Virus record (IMG/VR): IMGVR_UViG_2913167280_000003
Span: 1 to 64,000 of that record
From: a virus
Taxonomy: Duplodnaviria; Heunggongvirae; Uroviricota; Caudoviricetes
Strand: one strand, 5' to 3'
Length of the DNA stretch: 64,000 bases
Shown: in pieces, positions 1 to 12,912 of the stretch
How the letters are laid out: every line of letters begins with the position of its first letter
Numbering within the stretch: position 1 is the first letter of the stretch
The notes under the pieces: generated by a model
Databases searched by the model: none
Seen by the model: only the letters and a program-made list of their open reading frames with translations
Told to the model about the DNA's origin: nothing
Translations under genes and position numbers: made by a program

Positions 1-224
1 TTTACTATGCCACTACACTCCGGTAAAGATAGTACGTTCAAGAAATGTATATTACCATGTCCTAATTACATCTCGATGCAGTGATAACAGCACTCAAACA
101 ATATCTACCTATACAATATAAATACTCCATGACCAAGAAACGTATGAAGATATGGAACTTCACAAGTTTGCTCTTCATGGAGTATGGCTATCAGAGGGGC
201 CAGTAACCGCAACCTTTAAGTATA

Positions 225-473
225 TCAATCTATATTCAGGAGCAATGCATTATCTATGATGATCTGCTCCCATTCTTCGAATGCCCGGTCGCGGACGCCC
301 TGGGGAACGCTGTTAGTTTTGAAATCGACGACCGTCCGCCATTTTCCGTCCGGACGGTACATGCGCAGAGCTTTACTTCCCCCTTCCCTGCGCACCTCAA
401 CGTTATGCTTGTCAGCAAACTCTTGTAATGCTCGTAGCGTCCCATGCTTTACTGTGTAGTATCGCTTTTTCAA
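225..473 (-). CDS. Small basic protein, tentatively Lxc/Bof-like modulator of C1 repression
   Basis: 82-aa basic ORF at the distal end of the darB transcription unit; size and position recall P1 lxc (bof). No motif verified. Confidence 0.3.
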   Translation of the reverse strand: MKKRYYTVKHGTLRALQEFADKHNVEVRREGGSKALRMYRPDGKWRTVVDFKTNSVPQGVRDRAFEEWEQIIIDNALLLNID

Positions 474-910
474 GTTTTCTCTCCAGCCTGTGCTAAGGCT
501 TCAACTTCCAAATCGTAAGACTCAAACTCATAGTCCTGGTCATCAACCTCTTCAGACACTGGCAGTAAATGCCAGGCTGAGTATATCTGGCCATTATCGA
601 AACGCTCCTGGCTGTAGAGCGTCGCGGCTATGAGTGTCAGCGCCGGGCGGTCATAACGGTAAATTTTGCGAACGTCACGGTCAACGAGACGACCGAAATT
701 ACCATAACCGCGCTCCAGTAATAATTTTTTAATTTCCGGCCAGTATGGGCCATAGCTGCGGTACAGGCGGGGATTTTTCAGTAATCGCCCGCGTAGCCCA
801 GACAGGAAAAAATCAACGTATTCGTCTTCTGTCTTTCCTAACAACGCCGTACGCAGTACCGCCTCAAGATATGTTTTATTCGGTTTTATTGTATCAGATA
901 GTGTGGCCAT
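470..910 (-). CDS. Hypothetical protein downstream of darB (Ulx-like position)
   Basis: 146-aa ORF whose start overlaps the stop of the 82-aa ORF by 4 nt; same strand as darB. Assignment by synteny only. Confidence 0.35.
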   Translation of the reverse strand: MATLSDTIKPNKTYLEAVLRTALLGKTEDEYVDFFLSGLRGRLLKNPRLYRSYGPYWPEIKKLLLERGYGNFGRLVDRDVRKIYRYDRPALTLIAATLYSQERFDNGQIYSAWHLLPVSEEVDDQDYEFESYDLEVEALAQAGEKT

Positions 911-943
911 ATTATGCGACGCCCGGCGAACCGGGCGCTCCTG

Positions 944-2848
944 TTATGCGTATTGTTGGATGACGGCCATAACGTCCGCCACGTTGTGTTTTGTCTCAAT
1001 AATCCACCAGTTGCCCGGGAAATCGCTGTTCTTCGCCTTCGCTGGCAGCCAGCGAGCGCCGAATTTCGCCTTGATTGCGTCTTTAGCGCGGAAAAGAACG
1101 CCTTTCATGCCGGAGGCTTCCTGAAGCCCAAATACCTCGCCAGCGGCGAATTTTGGTGCGTACATCATCTTCAGGTCGGCGGTGGATACGCGATAATTCA
1201 GACCAAGAGACTGAGCTATGCTGGTGGCATCACCTTGTATTGATGATAACTCTTCTTGTTTCTCGTTTCTGGCGGCAATTTCTTCCTCCGTGATGTTGCC
1301 AAGGGCCAGGTTTATCCGATCAGCGTCTGCCTGTTTCTCTTCATCGGTGCGACCGGCAAGTGCCGTGTTAATTCTCTGCAATATCTCCGCATGATTCTTG
1401 CGCATGCTGAGCAATTCCGGCGTAACCTCGTTAAGGTCCACCAGCCCAAGGATGGCAAGGTCAGAAAACATTGATACCAGGTTGTAGGTCATGCGATAGC
1501 TGAGTTGGCCATAGGCTGATGGCAACTGCACCGAATCCATTTTATAGGCATCCATAAATTTAGAGCCTTCGTTTACGACATCCGCAATTGCAGGTGTGAT
1601 TTTCCCTGTGGTGATGGCCTCCCTGATTGCTGTTACCCACGATTGAGTCAGCGCGGCGACTGCATGATTCAGATTGGTTTTCCGTTCTGCTGCAATGCGC
1701 GCGCTTGCTGCGTCCATTGCCTGCTTGATCTCGTCTTTATTGCTGTAAATGCCAATGGTGCCAAACTGTGCTGTGGTGATCTCAAAATCTGACGCCCGGA
1801 ACTCATTGGTACCGAAAATGGCATTGGTGACCTCAAGTTCAGAATCCCCGTTACGGGTAGCCCCCTGGCTTGTTTTCTCCGGCATTCTGGCGATCGCATC
1901 CGCTATTTTCTCCTGAATTGCTTCAGGGGATAGCGTATCTCCGTATGACGCGATTACATCGCCATAATTGGAGCCAAACAGTTCAGTCAGGAATACTTCT
2001 GCCAAACGGACCTGGCGGTTATTCCCTTCCGACATCATACCAAGCACCCATTTAGCAATTGACGACTTCAGGGCGCCGTCACGGCGATCCGGATAAACCG
2101 CATGCTTCAGCGGGTCCGTATAGGTACCAACAAAATCAATGCTGTAGCCTGACTCTGTAGTCTGAACGCCGTATGAGTCAGTGATTTTGATCATGCCGCG
2201 CTGCTGGAAACGGTAGAAATCGTCACAGGAAATGATGTCGTTAATCCCGGCGATGGAGACGCCACCACTGATTTTCTGCATAACAGCATCTTCATCGGGA
2301 GTTACATCAACCTGTTTATCCAGCGTCTTCACATCCCAGTTACCCGATTTTGTGCCTTTGAAGGTAAAGATGATCTCCACGTCTGCGCGCTGGCTGTCGA
2401 AGTCCAGAGACTTAATGCGGACGATATCACCGGCACAATCGTAGTATTGGCCTACACGCCATGAGCGATCGCCGATAACAAGGAACTCACTCGCATGGTT
2501 AACCAGGTCAGGATCAACATCCAGAATGCCTTTATTTATTGCATCCTCCACCAGCGGGCGCAGGCGTTTGATATCCGTCGCGGCCTTCTGAGTACGGTTC
2601 AATAATTTCTCATAGCGGGAGATGGCTTGAGAGATATTAGCCTTGCGCTGAATGGCGCTTTTCAACGACGCGCGATACTGTGCTAACAACGTACGGTCTG
2701 TGTGATGGACGCTCCCCCAGCGGGCCTTCCAGTCTGCGTTATCAGCTGCTTTGGCCATTGCCGCCTGTTTGAATTTAGCTACCTCGGCGGTGGTCTTTTC
2801 AAGTTCCGCTTTGTTTCGCTCTAATTCAGCGGTAAGTACCCCCCACAT
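944..2848 (-). CDS. darB: DarB-like antirestriction protein, C-terminal segment (out of frame with the upstream segment)
   Basis: 634-aa ORF starting inside the last codons of the 1628-aa ORF; the two frames differ by one base at a 6-nt homopolymer (2839-2844). Combined length of about 2260 aa matches my recollection of P1 DarB. Confidence 0.55.
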   Translation of the reverse strand: MWGVLTAELERNKAELEKTTAEVAKFKQAAMAKAADNADWKARWGSVHHTDRTLLAQYRASLKSAIQRKANISQAISRYEKLLNRTQKAATDIKRLRPLVEDAINKGILDVDPDLVNHASEFLVIGDRSWRVGQYYDCAGDIVRIKSLDFDSQRADVEIIFTFKGTKSGNWDVKTLDKQVDVTPDEDAVMQKISGGVSIAGINDIISCDDFYRFQQRGMIKITDSYGVQTTESGYSIDFVGTYTDPLKHAVYPDRRDGALKSSIAKWVLGMMSEGNNRQVRLAEVFLTELFGSNYGDVIASYGDTLSPEAIQEKIADAIARMPEKTSQGATRNGDSELEVTNAIFGTNEFRASDFEITTAQFGTIGIYSNKDEIKQAMDAASARIAAERKTNLNHAVAALTQSWVTAIREAITTGKITPAIADVVNEGSKFMDAYKMDSVQLPSAYGQLSYRMTYNLVSMFSDLAILGLVDLNEVTPELLSMRKNHAEILQRINTALAGRTDEEKQADADRINLALGNITEEEIAARNEKQEELSSIQGDATSIAQSLGLNYRVSTADLKMMYAPKFAAGEVFGLQEASGMKGVLFRAKDAIKAKFGARWLPAKAKNSDFPGNWWIIETKHNVADVMAVIQQYA

Positions 2849-5800
2849 CCTCGCCAGCTGCGTGCTGCGCCTTGATGTAGTTCTGAAGGTCGATAGTAGC
2901 CTGTTCTTTCTGGCGAGCGCGTTGCGCTGCTTTCGCCTTATCCATTTGAACCTGCATCATAGCCAAACGTTCGCCGTCATCCTTAGCGGTATACATCTGC
3001 ATTTCGATCATGTCGTTGGCGTCGGCGTTCTCCATTTCTGACTTATCTGAACGGAGAATATCGGATATCCAACCAGCTTTACGTTTCAGTGTCTTCAGGC
3101 GGTATTCATCGAAAGAACCCTTGCCGCAGTAGTAGTGAACGCGAACGCTTGCACGGTTGGAGCCAACACGGGCGCCGCGACCGTTACGCTGTGCAATACT
3201 GGCTGGAGTCCACGGCAACGTCAGGTGGTGGATATCCGTCGTTCCTCGATGCAGGTTGATACCCACCTCTGCCTTTTTGTTGCAGATGATGATCGGGGTC
3301 CGGCCCTCCTGGAAGTCGGCAGCAATCTTTTCCAGCCCGCCCAGCGACATTTCATTTTGCTGCGCGATATAGGCGTCATACAGAGCCATTTGCTCGTTGT
3401 ATTTCGCTATCTGTGCATCTGTTGGTTCATCCGGTAGCTCTTTCGGAGGTTTAACCGCTTTCAGTTTCTTACCGGTTTTACCTGCCTCTGCAACCGTCTG
3501 AGCATTCAGGATCCCCACCTTTGAAGGTTCAAGGTTAAGAGCATTGCAGATAATGCGCTTGAGCTTCTGGTGCTGCGTTTTTTCATCGGTGAAGATGATT
3601 TGCTTACCTTCCGGGAAAAACTCCTTCAGCGTGGCAATCAGCTTCGCGTATTTGGGCGTAACGGGGTGAGTTACGGTCTGTTCGTCAATGCCAAACCTGG
3701 CCAGGCGCTTATTCACTTCCTGCTCGAACGCTTCCGGAACCTGCAACTGAATAAACTCGCCCTTATCTATCAGGGAGTATTGCGATTGTTGCGTGATTGA
3801 ATCATCACTGTCGTCGTCTTCGCTGGTGGCTTGTTTAGGCAAACTGTCCGCCAGCTGCTGCACCGCATCGGCGTACTCCGGCAGGAAACGATAGGTGATC
3901 CGGCGATAGTACAGGTCCATGTCAGTACATACGCGGTCCATATCCCTGATTATTGAGAAGATCGGACGGGCTTTCTCGTGCTCAATCACGCCGTCTTCAT
4001 TGACCGAGGTCGTTACGCCATTGTTGGCTTTGGCCGCCGCTTCCACCTGCTGACGCAATTCTTCATACGCCGCCAGTTGTTCTTCAGTAAGTGGTGCATC
4101 CTGCTGGTGCTCGTCCAGCTCCGGGATCTCCACGGTATCCTTAACGTCTTCCGCCGTTTTAAGCGTTGTCCACCGATGGAATATACCGCGCAGCGCATCA
4201 AGGTTTTCAAAGCCCACCAGCGCCATTTTTTCTTCAACTTCACCGCTTATTTTCTGTACCGCTTCCAGCCTGGTCTTGCCGAAGAATTTAACGAAGTCAT
4301 CAGGACCGTAGATCCCCATCTTCTGCCAGTATTCCTTCGGCAGAACATGAAAAAGCATGTTGTATGCATCGATCGGGGTGTTAACGACTGGCGTTGCAGT
4401 CAGGAGAACCGGTCCGCGCCCGCCATTCTTTTTCATCAGGTACGCGTTTTTGATTGCCATATCTCTCGCCGATTGCGCTACCGCGCTGGTGGGCAGATAG
4501 GCCAACTGTGACGCTTCGCGACCATTTTTATAGCTATTGCGGTAGTTGTGGCCTTCGTCGGCGATCACGCTGTCGAAGCCCATATCCTCAAAGTACGGAT
4601 ACTTCTCTGCTTTTTCGGTGCCGGTATCTGAATACTCCGACAATATCCGGCGGCGCGCCGCCTCTTTGCGATGGGAATCGGAATCCATTGCGCTGGCTAC
4701 GCGCCCGGCAGCAACGAAGTCATAAAGCATATCCTGTGCATGCTCATCTACGGTGTCATCGCGTAGCGGAATGCGGGCGTATTGTTCTTTGGTAAACACG
4801 ACTGCACGGTAATTTGAGTGCAGGATCGCGTTCATCCGCGCCGTGATAGTGGCTTCATCTGCCAGCTTAAGGGCATCGCGCATAAGTGGAGTGCCATCAG
4901 CATCAAGTACAGGTTTACCGTTCTCATCGAGCACCGGCGCCTGGCGAATCTGATCGCCGTCCATCAGTACATCCAGACCGACGAACAGGTAGTTACTGAA
5001 GGCTTCTTCACTCAGGAACTCTTTTGCTTCGTAATACCAGTTTTCCAGCACTGATTTAGGCACTACATAAGCAGTACGGGTGGAGCGACCGTTCTCATAG
5101 TTGAACGCCTCAAGCGCCAGCGCGGTCGTGGTTTTACCTATTCCAGTACCGAATCCCATAATGCCGCGCCCATCTTCGGACAGTCGGCGCACCTCGCTAT
5201 TCTGGTAATCAAATGGCTGTCGCTTACCGCTTAATCCCTTCAACCCAAGCGGATCGCCAGAATGTTCATACGGGATATTGCTATTGAAAACAGTGTTGTA
5301 TTTGGCAACCAGCTCATCGTAGCGATCATGCGTCTTGAGCCACTTATTGAACTGCTCCTCAAGCAGAGCCATCTGCTCGCGGTACCCGTTCGCCGTCGTG
5401 CTATCTTTGCCACCGATACGCGCACCATTGAGATACTTTTCCAGCTGTGCCGGGAACCCGGTCGCGTTTTCTCCTGATTTACGGTCCCACTCGTAGCGGA
5501 TCTCGCCTGTTTCTTTATCCTTGCGCTGGACGACACCGTATCGGTGCCCGACGAACAGACCATCACCACCGTGATAGGTGTCAGAAACCATTTCGTCGCC
5601 TTCCAGCTGCACTGACTGCACATAGCGCAGATCCGGATAGCCGTTTTCCTGCAAAAATTCCAGAATGACGGAACGGTCGAACCAACGGCTATTGAGCTTA
5701 AACCGGATATTCTCTGCTGGCGTCTTGATGCGCTTCTCTTCGATCGCTGCCAGCTGATTAAGGACGTTGTTCTTTACTGGACCGTCGGGGAGTGTGGCAA

Positions 5801-7712
5801 GGAATTCCTGTTTTGGAGCCACTATCTCGTTAATGTCGCCGCTGGTGGCGCGGGCGAACGGAACAATCCCGCCATACGGTGAAACCGCAATACCAGGGGT
5901 GCTGGCCAATAAATTAAGCAACTCTTCATCACTGGCTGGCAGTTCGCCGGTAAACGCAAGGCGGAAATCATCGAGCTGGATTGGATCGCGGGTAAGATCG
6001 CTATAGAGATAACGCAGGGTGTCCTGATAGCTGGTGGAGTCATAACTGGCGCTGGAATCATGCGTGACCAGCTTTCCTGTCAGCTCGTCAGAAATAGTGC
6101 CATCCAGCTTAATTGCACCACGGAAAGCAAACCAGGCGCGCGCACCGCTTCCCGATAATTTAGCTATCGGACCGCGACCGGGGTTACCAAAACGGTCAAT
6201 CTCTGCCTGCAAACGGGATACCAGAGAAAGGCGCTGCTGTTCGATTTGTTCAGCACTATGCCCGGCGGCCTTCATATCCTGATATTCAATTAACATCCGG
6301 CCAATCATCGCCCCGCGATACAAGCGTTCACGGTATTTTTCAGGCTGGCTGTTAATCCAGTCCACCAGCTGTACCATATCGTCGCTGATTGATGTGGTGT
6401 ACTTATCGCGGACATTTGCCATCTGGGTAAATGTCATGCCGAGACGGCCTTCAGTGGTAGTCAGGTTACGCTGAAGAGCCTCCCAGCTATCCGCGCCATA
6501 ACTGGCAACATCAATCTTCAGCTCCTTCCCGGCATCAGCTTCAATCCAGCGACCACCAGCATATTTTTGCCATACGCCATTAATCAGGCGCATTTCCCCT
6601 TCATCAACAACGTCTGCGGTCGGTGACGGTTCAGCCATATCAAGCAAAGACCAGTCGATACGGCTTTCGAAACGATGAATCAGCTTCGCTTTAAGAGCCT
6701 GGTTATCAATCTGCCCGTCGGCACGAACCTCAATACGCCCCTGGAATCCCTTCTCCTGGGTGCCATGAATAAACCGGCGGCCGTCCTTTTCAAACCACTT
6801 GCCAGAAATAAACGTTGGCCAAAGCACATTTGCCGATTCAAGAGTACCTTCATCCACCAGGGGGATTTTCTCAGCCATCTCCGCCGGATGTTTGCGCATC
6901 AGCACCACGTCAACGACTGTACTGGTCCCGTTTGCGTCAAAAGTACCGGTAGGCAAGCGGTGAGCGCCAAGAAATTCAGCTTTACGGGATAGGCGCAGGC
7001 GTAACCGCTTCATGTTTGAACCTGAAACAATGGACGGCGGCACAATCACACACATGAATCCGCCTGGCTTTATCTTGTCCAGCATGCGGAGCATGAAGTA
7101 AGAACCCATGTCCGTTTCTTCTGCGTAAGGCTTATCGATGTTGCGTGTGTTATCACGCCCGCCGAACGGAACGTTACCCACAACATGGTCGAATGAATCG
7201 TTAGGCGTGCTTACAGCCAGCTGTTCGAACGGGGAAATCTGTACGCTGTCTTCCGGATGCAACAGCTGGTTTATACGACCGGAAACACTGCTGATCTCAG
7301 TCGCAGTCATCACTGTACCAACCGGTTTTGTCTCATTAAAAACACCGGTTCCCGCGGAAGGTTCCAGGGTGTTACCTACGTCCGCGCCATAGAGCTTCAT
7401 GATCTCCCAGACGCCTTCAGCGATAGGTTTTGGTGTGTAATATTCGGAGACGGACCCGCCAATGCCGCCTTCACCGGTGTACCCAGCCAGGATCTGGCGC
7501 TGTTCATCTGTCAGTGTCGTGCCGTCCACCAGCGAATTAAGCAAATCTATCGCCTTCTGATTCGCCTCCCGGCGCAGTCGGTCATAGCTTTTGCCTTCCA
7601 CCTTTTCCACGCCGTATCTAATCGGCGCTCGATGAGATGTTATTGCCCTAATGTATTTCAATATTTCGCTGACACTTGAACAGCGAAAAACCCCCATAGA
7701 TAGCTTGTTCAT
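2826..7712 (-). CDS. darB: DarB-like antirestriction protein, N-terminal segment (N6-adenine methyltransferase-like and SF2 helicase-like domains)
   Basis: 1628-aa ORF. SAM-binding-like motif LEPSAGTGVF, NVPFGG (NPPY-like), Walker A GFGTGIGKTT and DEGH box. Confidence 0.75.
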   Translation of the reverse strand: MNKLSMGVFRCSSVSEILKYIRAITSHRAPIRYGVEKVEGKSYDRLRREANQKAIDLLNSLVDGTTLTDEQRQILAGYTGEGGIGGSVSEYYTPKPIAEGVWEIMKLYGADVGNTLEPSAGTGVFNETKPVGTVMTATEISSVSGRINQLLHPEDSVQISPFEQLAVSTPNDSFDHVVGNVPFGGRDNTRNIDKPYAEETDMGSYFMLRMLDKIKPGGFMCVIVPPSIVSGSNMKRLRLRLSRKAEFLGAHRLPTGTFDANGTSTVVDVVLMRKHPAEMAEKIPLVDEGTLESANVLWPTFISGKWFEKDGRRFIHGTQEKGFQGRIEVRADGQIDNQALKAKLIHRFESRIDWSLLDMAEPSPTADVVDEGEMRLINGVWQKYAGGRWIEADAGKELKIDVASYGADSWEALQRNLTTTEGRLGMTFTQMANVRDKYTTSISDDMVQLVDWINSQPEKYRERLYRGAMIGRMLIEYQDMKAAGHSAEQIEQQRLSLVSRLQAEIDRFGNPGRGPIAKLSGSGARAWFAFRGAIKLDGTISDELTGKLVTHDSSASYDSTSYQDTLRYLYSDLTRDPIQLDDFRLAFTGELPASDEELLNLLASTPGIAVSPYGGIVPFARATSGDINEIVAPKQEFLATLPDGPVKNNVLNQLAAIEEKRIKTPAENIRFKLNSRWFDRSVILEFLQENGYPDLRYVQSVQLEGDEMVSDTYHGGDGLFVGHRYGVVQRKDKETGEIRYEWDRKSGENATGFPAQLEKYLNGARIGGKDSTTANGYREQMALLEEQFNKWLKTHDRYDELVAKYNTVFNSNIPYEHSGDPLGLKGLSGKRQPFDYQNSEVRRLSEDGRGIMGFGTGIGKTTTALALEAFNYENGRSTRTAYVVPKSVLENWYYEAKEFLSEEAFSNYLFVGLDVLMDGDQIRQAPVLDENGKPVLDADGTPLMRDALKLADEATITARMNAILHSNYRAVVFTKEQYARIPLRDDTVDEHAQDMLYDFVAAGRVASAMDSDSHRKEAARRRILSEYSDTGTEKAEKYPYFEDMGFDSVIADEGHNYRNSYKNGREASQLAYLPTSAVAQSARDMAIKNAYLMKKNGGRGPVLLTATPVVNTPIDAYNMLFHVLPKEYWQKMGIYGPDDFVKFFGKTRLEAVQKISGEVEEKMALVGFENLDALRGIFHRWTTLKTAEDVKDTVEIPELDEHQQDAPLTEEQLAAYEELRQQVEAAAKANNGVTTSVNEDGVIEHEKARPIFSIIRDMDRVCTDMDLYYRRITYRFLPEYADAVQQLADSLPKQATSEDDDSDDSITQQSQYSLIDKGEFIQLQVPEAFEQEVNKRLARFGIDEQTVTHPVTPKYAKLIATLKEFFPEGKQIIFTDEKTQHQKLKRIICNALNLEPSKVGILNAQTVAEAGKTGKKLKAVKPPKELPDEPTDAQIAKYNEQMALYDAYIAQQNEMSLGGLEKIAADFQEGRTPIIICNKKAEVGINLHRGTTDIHHLTLPWTPASIAQRNGRGARVGSNRASVRVHYYCGKGSFDEYRLKTLKRKAGWISDILRSDKSEMENADANDMIEMQMYTAKDDGERLAMMQVQMDKAKAAQRARQKEQATIDLQNYIKAQHAAGEDVGGTYR

Positions 7713-7724
7713 TGGTAATCCTTA

Positions 7725-7745
7725 ACAAGTGACTAGTGTTAAATT
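7725..7745 (+). promoter_or_regulatory. P1-type late promoter candidate upstream of prt
   Basis: ACAAGTGACTA, 4 nt, TAAATT, about 40 nt upstream of the prt start. Same architecture recurs upstream of other late operons in this window. Confidence 0.45.
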
Positions 7746-7778
7746 CCGTTCAAACACGATGCGAATTATTCTAATTAA

Positions 7779-10509
<2,731 letters not shown>

Positions 10510-10522
10510 CCACCAAAAATAA

Positions 10523-10548
10523 CCCCGGCGAGTGCCGGGGTTCTCGTT
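10523..10548 (+). terminator. Rho-independent terminator after pro
   Basis: CCCCGGC-GAGT-GCCGGGG hairpin followed by TTCTCGTT. Confidence 0.6.
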
Positions 10549-10553
10549 AACTA

Positions 10554-10808
10554 TTATCGCCTTCGCCTGCGTGCCATATATTTGCGCACCGCGCGGCGTG
10601 GGCAATCTGAAGCGGTTTCTTTCTGCTGCATCAATCTCGCGGCCATGCTCAAAAATGTCAGGCACAGCCGAAGCCCCGCATACAATAGCGGTTCCAGTGG
10701 CCACGTCTCATTGAGCACATATACCGCCATAAAAATCGAGTCGAAAACTATCGCCGCCAGCGATAACTTCATTGTCGAAAGTCGGCGGAACTGCCGGAGT
10801 TTATTCAT
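10554..10808 (-). CDS. Small hydrophobic protein downstream of lyz
   Basis: 84-aa ORF with hydrophobic segments and an Arg-rich C-terminus, overlapping the lyz stop. Could be spurious. Confidence 0.3.
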   Translation of the reverse strand: MNKLRQFRRLSTMKLSLAAIVFDSIFMAVYVLNETWPLEPLLYAGLRLCLTFLSMAARLMQQKETASDCPRRAVRKYMARRRRR

Positions 10809-11358
10809 TGACCAGCCCCGTCAGGCAAAGCTGGCGTTCTTTTTCACGGCGAATCTTTAAACCTCGCAGGGGAACGCCGTTACTGTTCACGAAATCAGGG
10901 AGATGGTTACACATATTCACCCATTCCCCTTTCTGCGCCCACTTGTGGATGGACGTTTCGACTCGCATGCCTCGCGCTTTGCTGTAGTAGGTCCGCAAAC
11001 TGTTACATCCCATATTGAATGCCGCGCTTGTCATTGCGCTGAAGGCATTATCTGGCATGTCTTTGCCCCGGAAGTGCTGGTTAATACAGCGTTCAGCGAT
11101 CAGGATATTCTTTTCCCAATCAGCGGCGATTTGCTGGTCGGTTTTTCTAACACCCGGCGTTACCCCGTGTGTATTACCGATCCCGTCAGTCCATACCCCC
11201 GCCGGGCACATGTATGGATCACGTCGGCAACCTTCAGCGTTACCAATCAGCTCCAGCCCCGCCTGGTTGGTTCGCACATTGCCATTACCCATCACGATGG
11301 TAATCATCACCGCGATCGCGCAAATTGCACCGCCTCCTGCGGCTGTTTTCCCCTTCAT
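10801..11358 (-). CDS. lyz: SAR endolysin (T4-lysozyme family)
   Basis: N-terminal signal-anchor-release segment GGGAICAIAVMITIVMGNG followed by lysozyme catalytic region AEGCRRDPYMCPAGVWTDGIGNT. Start placed at the internal ATG (11358) with a GAGG RBS rather than the extended ORF-track start. Confidence 0.9.
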   Translation of the reverse strand: MKGKTAAGGGAICAIAVMITIVMGNGNVRTNQAGLELIGNAEGCRRDPYMCPAGVWTDGIGNTHGVTPGVRKTDQQIAADWEKNILIAERCINQHFRGKDMPDNAFSAMTSAAFNMGCNSLRTYYSKARGMRVETSIHKWAQKGEWVNMCNHLPDFVNSNGVPLRGLKIRREKERQLCLTGLVNE

Positions 11359-11446
11359 AAAGACCTCATAAGCGAATTGTTTTACGCCCAAGGACAAACA
11401 CCCATTCACAGCCAATACCGACTGACTCGATCCCTTTAGAAGGCAC

Positions 11447-11467
11447 AGGATAATGCAAATCACTTGT
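11447..11467 (-). promoter_or_regulatory. P1-type late promoter candidate upstream of lyz
   Basis: Minus strand reads ACAAGTGATTT, 4 nt, TATCCT (TANNNT) about 85 nt upstream of the lyz start. Confidence 0.4.
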
Positions 11468-11492
11468 TAGCTACGTTTCAAAGATATACATT

Positions 11493-11509
11493 ATTGCTCT
11501 AATTAATTT
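11493..11509 (+). promoter_or_regulatory. C1 repressor operator-like site upstream of ssb
   Basis: ATTGCTCTAATTAATTT, 16/17 match to the P1 C1 operator consensus ATTGCTCTAATAAATTT. Confidence 0.55.
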
Positions 11510-11528
11510 GTTTTATTGGGTAAGAAAA

Positions 11529-12017
11529 GTGGCACAACGCGGTGTAAACAAAGTCATCCTGATTGGTACCCTGGGGCAAGACCCGGAGATCAGGCATATA
11601 CCAAATGGCGGAGCAGTCGGAAGACTCAGCATCGCAACGAATGAATCATGGCGCGACAAGCAAACGGGCCAACAGAAAGAGCAAACAGAATGGCATAGAG
11701 TCGTTTTGTTCGGGAAACTTGCTGAAATTGCGAGTGAGTATTTACGAAAAGGTTCTCAGGTCTACATCGAAGGGAAACTTAAAACCCGTAAGTGGACAGA
11801 TGACGCCGGTGTAGAACGTTACACGACGGAAATTATCGTCAGCCAGGGCGGAACCATGCAAATGATCGGCGCCCGCCGCGACGATTCACAATCCTCAAAT
11901 AGCTGGGGGCAATCAAACCAACCTCAAAACCACCAGCAATACAGCGGTGGCGGTAAACCTCCGAGCAACGCCAATAACGAACCTCCAATGGACTTTGAAG
12001 ACGATATTCCGTTTTAG
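11529..12017 (+). CDS. ssb: Single-stranded DNA-binding protein
   Basis: N-terminus [21 protein letters not shown] matches the SSB OB-fold start; Gly/Gln-rich linker; acidic C-terminal tail ending DDIPF. Start assigned to GTG 11529. Confidence 0.9.
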   Translation: MAQRGVNKVILIGTLGQDPEIRHIPNGGAVGRLSIATNESWRDKQTGQQKEQTEWHRVVLFGKLAEIASEYLRKGSQVYIEGKLKTRKWTDDAGVERYTTEIIVSQGGTMQMIGARRDDSQSSNSWGQSNQPQNHQQYSGGGKPPSNANNEPPMDFEDDIPF

Positions 12018-12291
12018 GAGTTGACTTGTGAGCCATGTGTAAAAAACGACTGAAAGAAAACACCACGGAAGAGGTGGAAAGTGATTAATTTTTACTAGAA
12101 TAAAAAGGGGCCCCAGAGAGCGCCCTGATAATACGAAATTAAAGGGAAATAAATTACAAGAAGTGTAATTCTTTGCCCTCTGAATATGCAATCATGGTTA
12201 GACAAGCAAGATAGGGCGAATTAAAATTAATCAATAGTCACTTTGTTAAGATGCGCAACATCGCTTTAACATTTTATGCTTGTCATGATAT

Positions 12292-12912
12292 TTGCCTGGA
12301 AGCCTCATGAATACATATTCTGATAAAATACACAACCTTATAGATATAGCCAAATTAGCTGTGGCCATGAGGGAACATAGCTATTTTTTCGCACTTCGTC
12401 GAGGAATAGATGTTAATTTTTGTGCTGATTTAAACGGGAGTGGTACACAAGGGATATTCATAAGAAAAAAAAGTTTTAACGCGTATGAGCCAAGTTTTAT
12501 TGAAGTAATTTTTGAACCCACTCATAAAAACGATGATTCATTTCTATACGAAGAGGACCTTACTACCGATCAACGAAAAGACTACGAACCTAGTATTAAC
12601 AGAGGAAAACATCGATTCGTTGCCCAACGTGCTAAACTAAATCTCGACTGGGACAGTAATGAAATCCAACAATGGCGTTTGGATATTGAGCGACTTTCTA
12701 AACCACACAACACTCTTAATGACTGGTTAGAAAATGATTCAGAGATAATGATAATACATCTCTGCGGCGGTTATAGGTTCCGTGAACCAGTGATACTTTC
12801 TCAAAGAGACATTAAACAATATGTAGCTTCAGGATTGACTCTGGAAGACTTAAAAAATCGGCTAAAGTGCTCAATATGTGGTGAGCGAAACGCCAAAATT
12901 AAAGTTTTTTGA
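12292..12912 (+). CDS. Hypothetical protein, low-GC orphan gene
   Basis: 206-aa ORF in a markedly AT-rich segment between ssb and the end of the dar operon; no recognisable motif. Followed by a 10-bp-stem hairpin (12931-12960). Confidence 0.5.
   Translation: MPGSLMNTYSDKIHNLIDIAKLAVAMREHSYFFALRRGIDVNFCADLNGSGTQGIFIRKKSFNAYEPSFIEVIFEPTHKNDDSFLYEEDLTTDQRKDYEPSINRGKHRFVAQRAKLNLDWDSNEIQQWRLDIERLSKPHNTLNDWLENDSEIMIIHLCGGYRFREPVILSQRDIKQYVASGLTLEDLKNRLKCSICGERNAKIKVF

Noticed and set aside
225-473. 82-aa ORF as a HicA-like toxin
   Set aside because: A loose resemblance in size and a G-S-K stretch, but no catalytic His and no adjacent antitoxin-like partner; position fits a P1 lxc-like gene better.
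3978-4511. Plus-strand 177-aa ORF (and several 60-130-aa ORFs) inside darB, and similar antisense ORFs inside sit, S, ddrB, dmt and other large genes
   Set aside because: They lie entirely within long, motif-supported genes on the opposite strand or in other frames and have no RBS or motifs; treated as chance ORFs.
10801-11463. Extended 220-aa reading frame for the endolysin
   Set aside because: The 35 extra N-terminal codons precede the signal-anchor segment and lack an RBS; the internal ATG at 11358 with a GAGG RBS gives the canonical SAR endolysin N-terminus.
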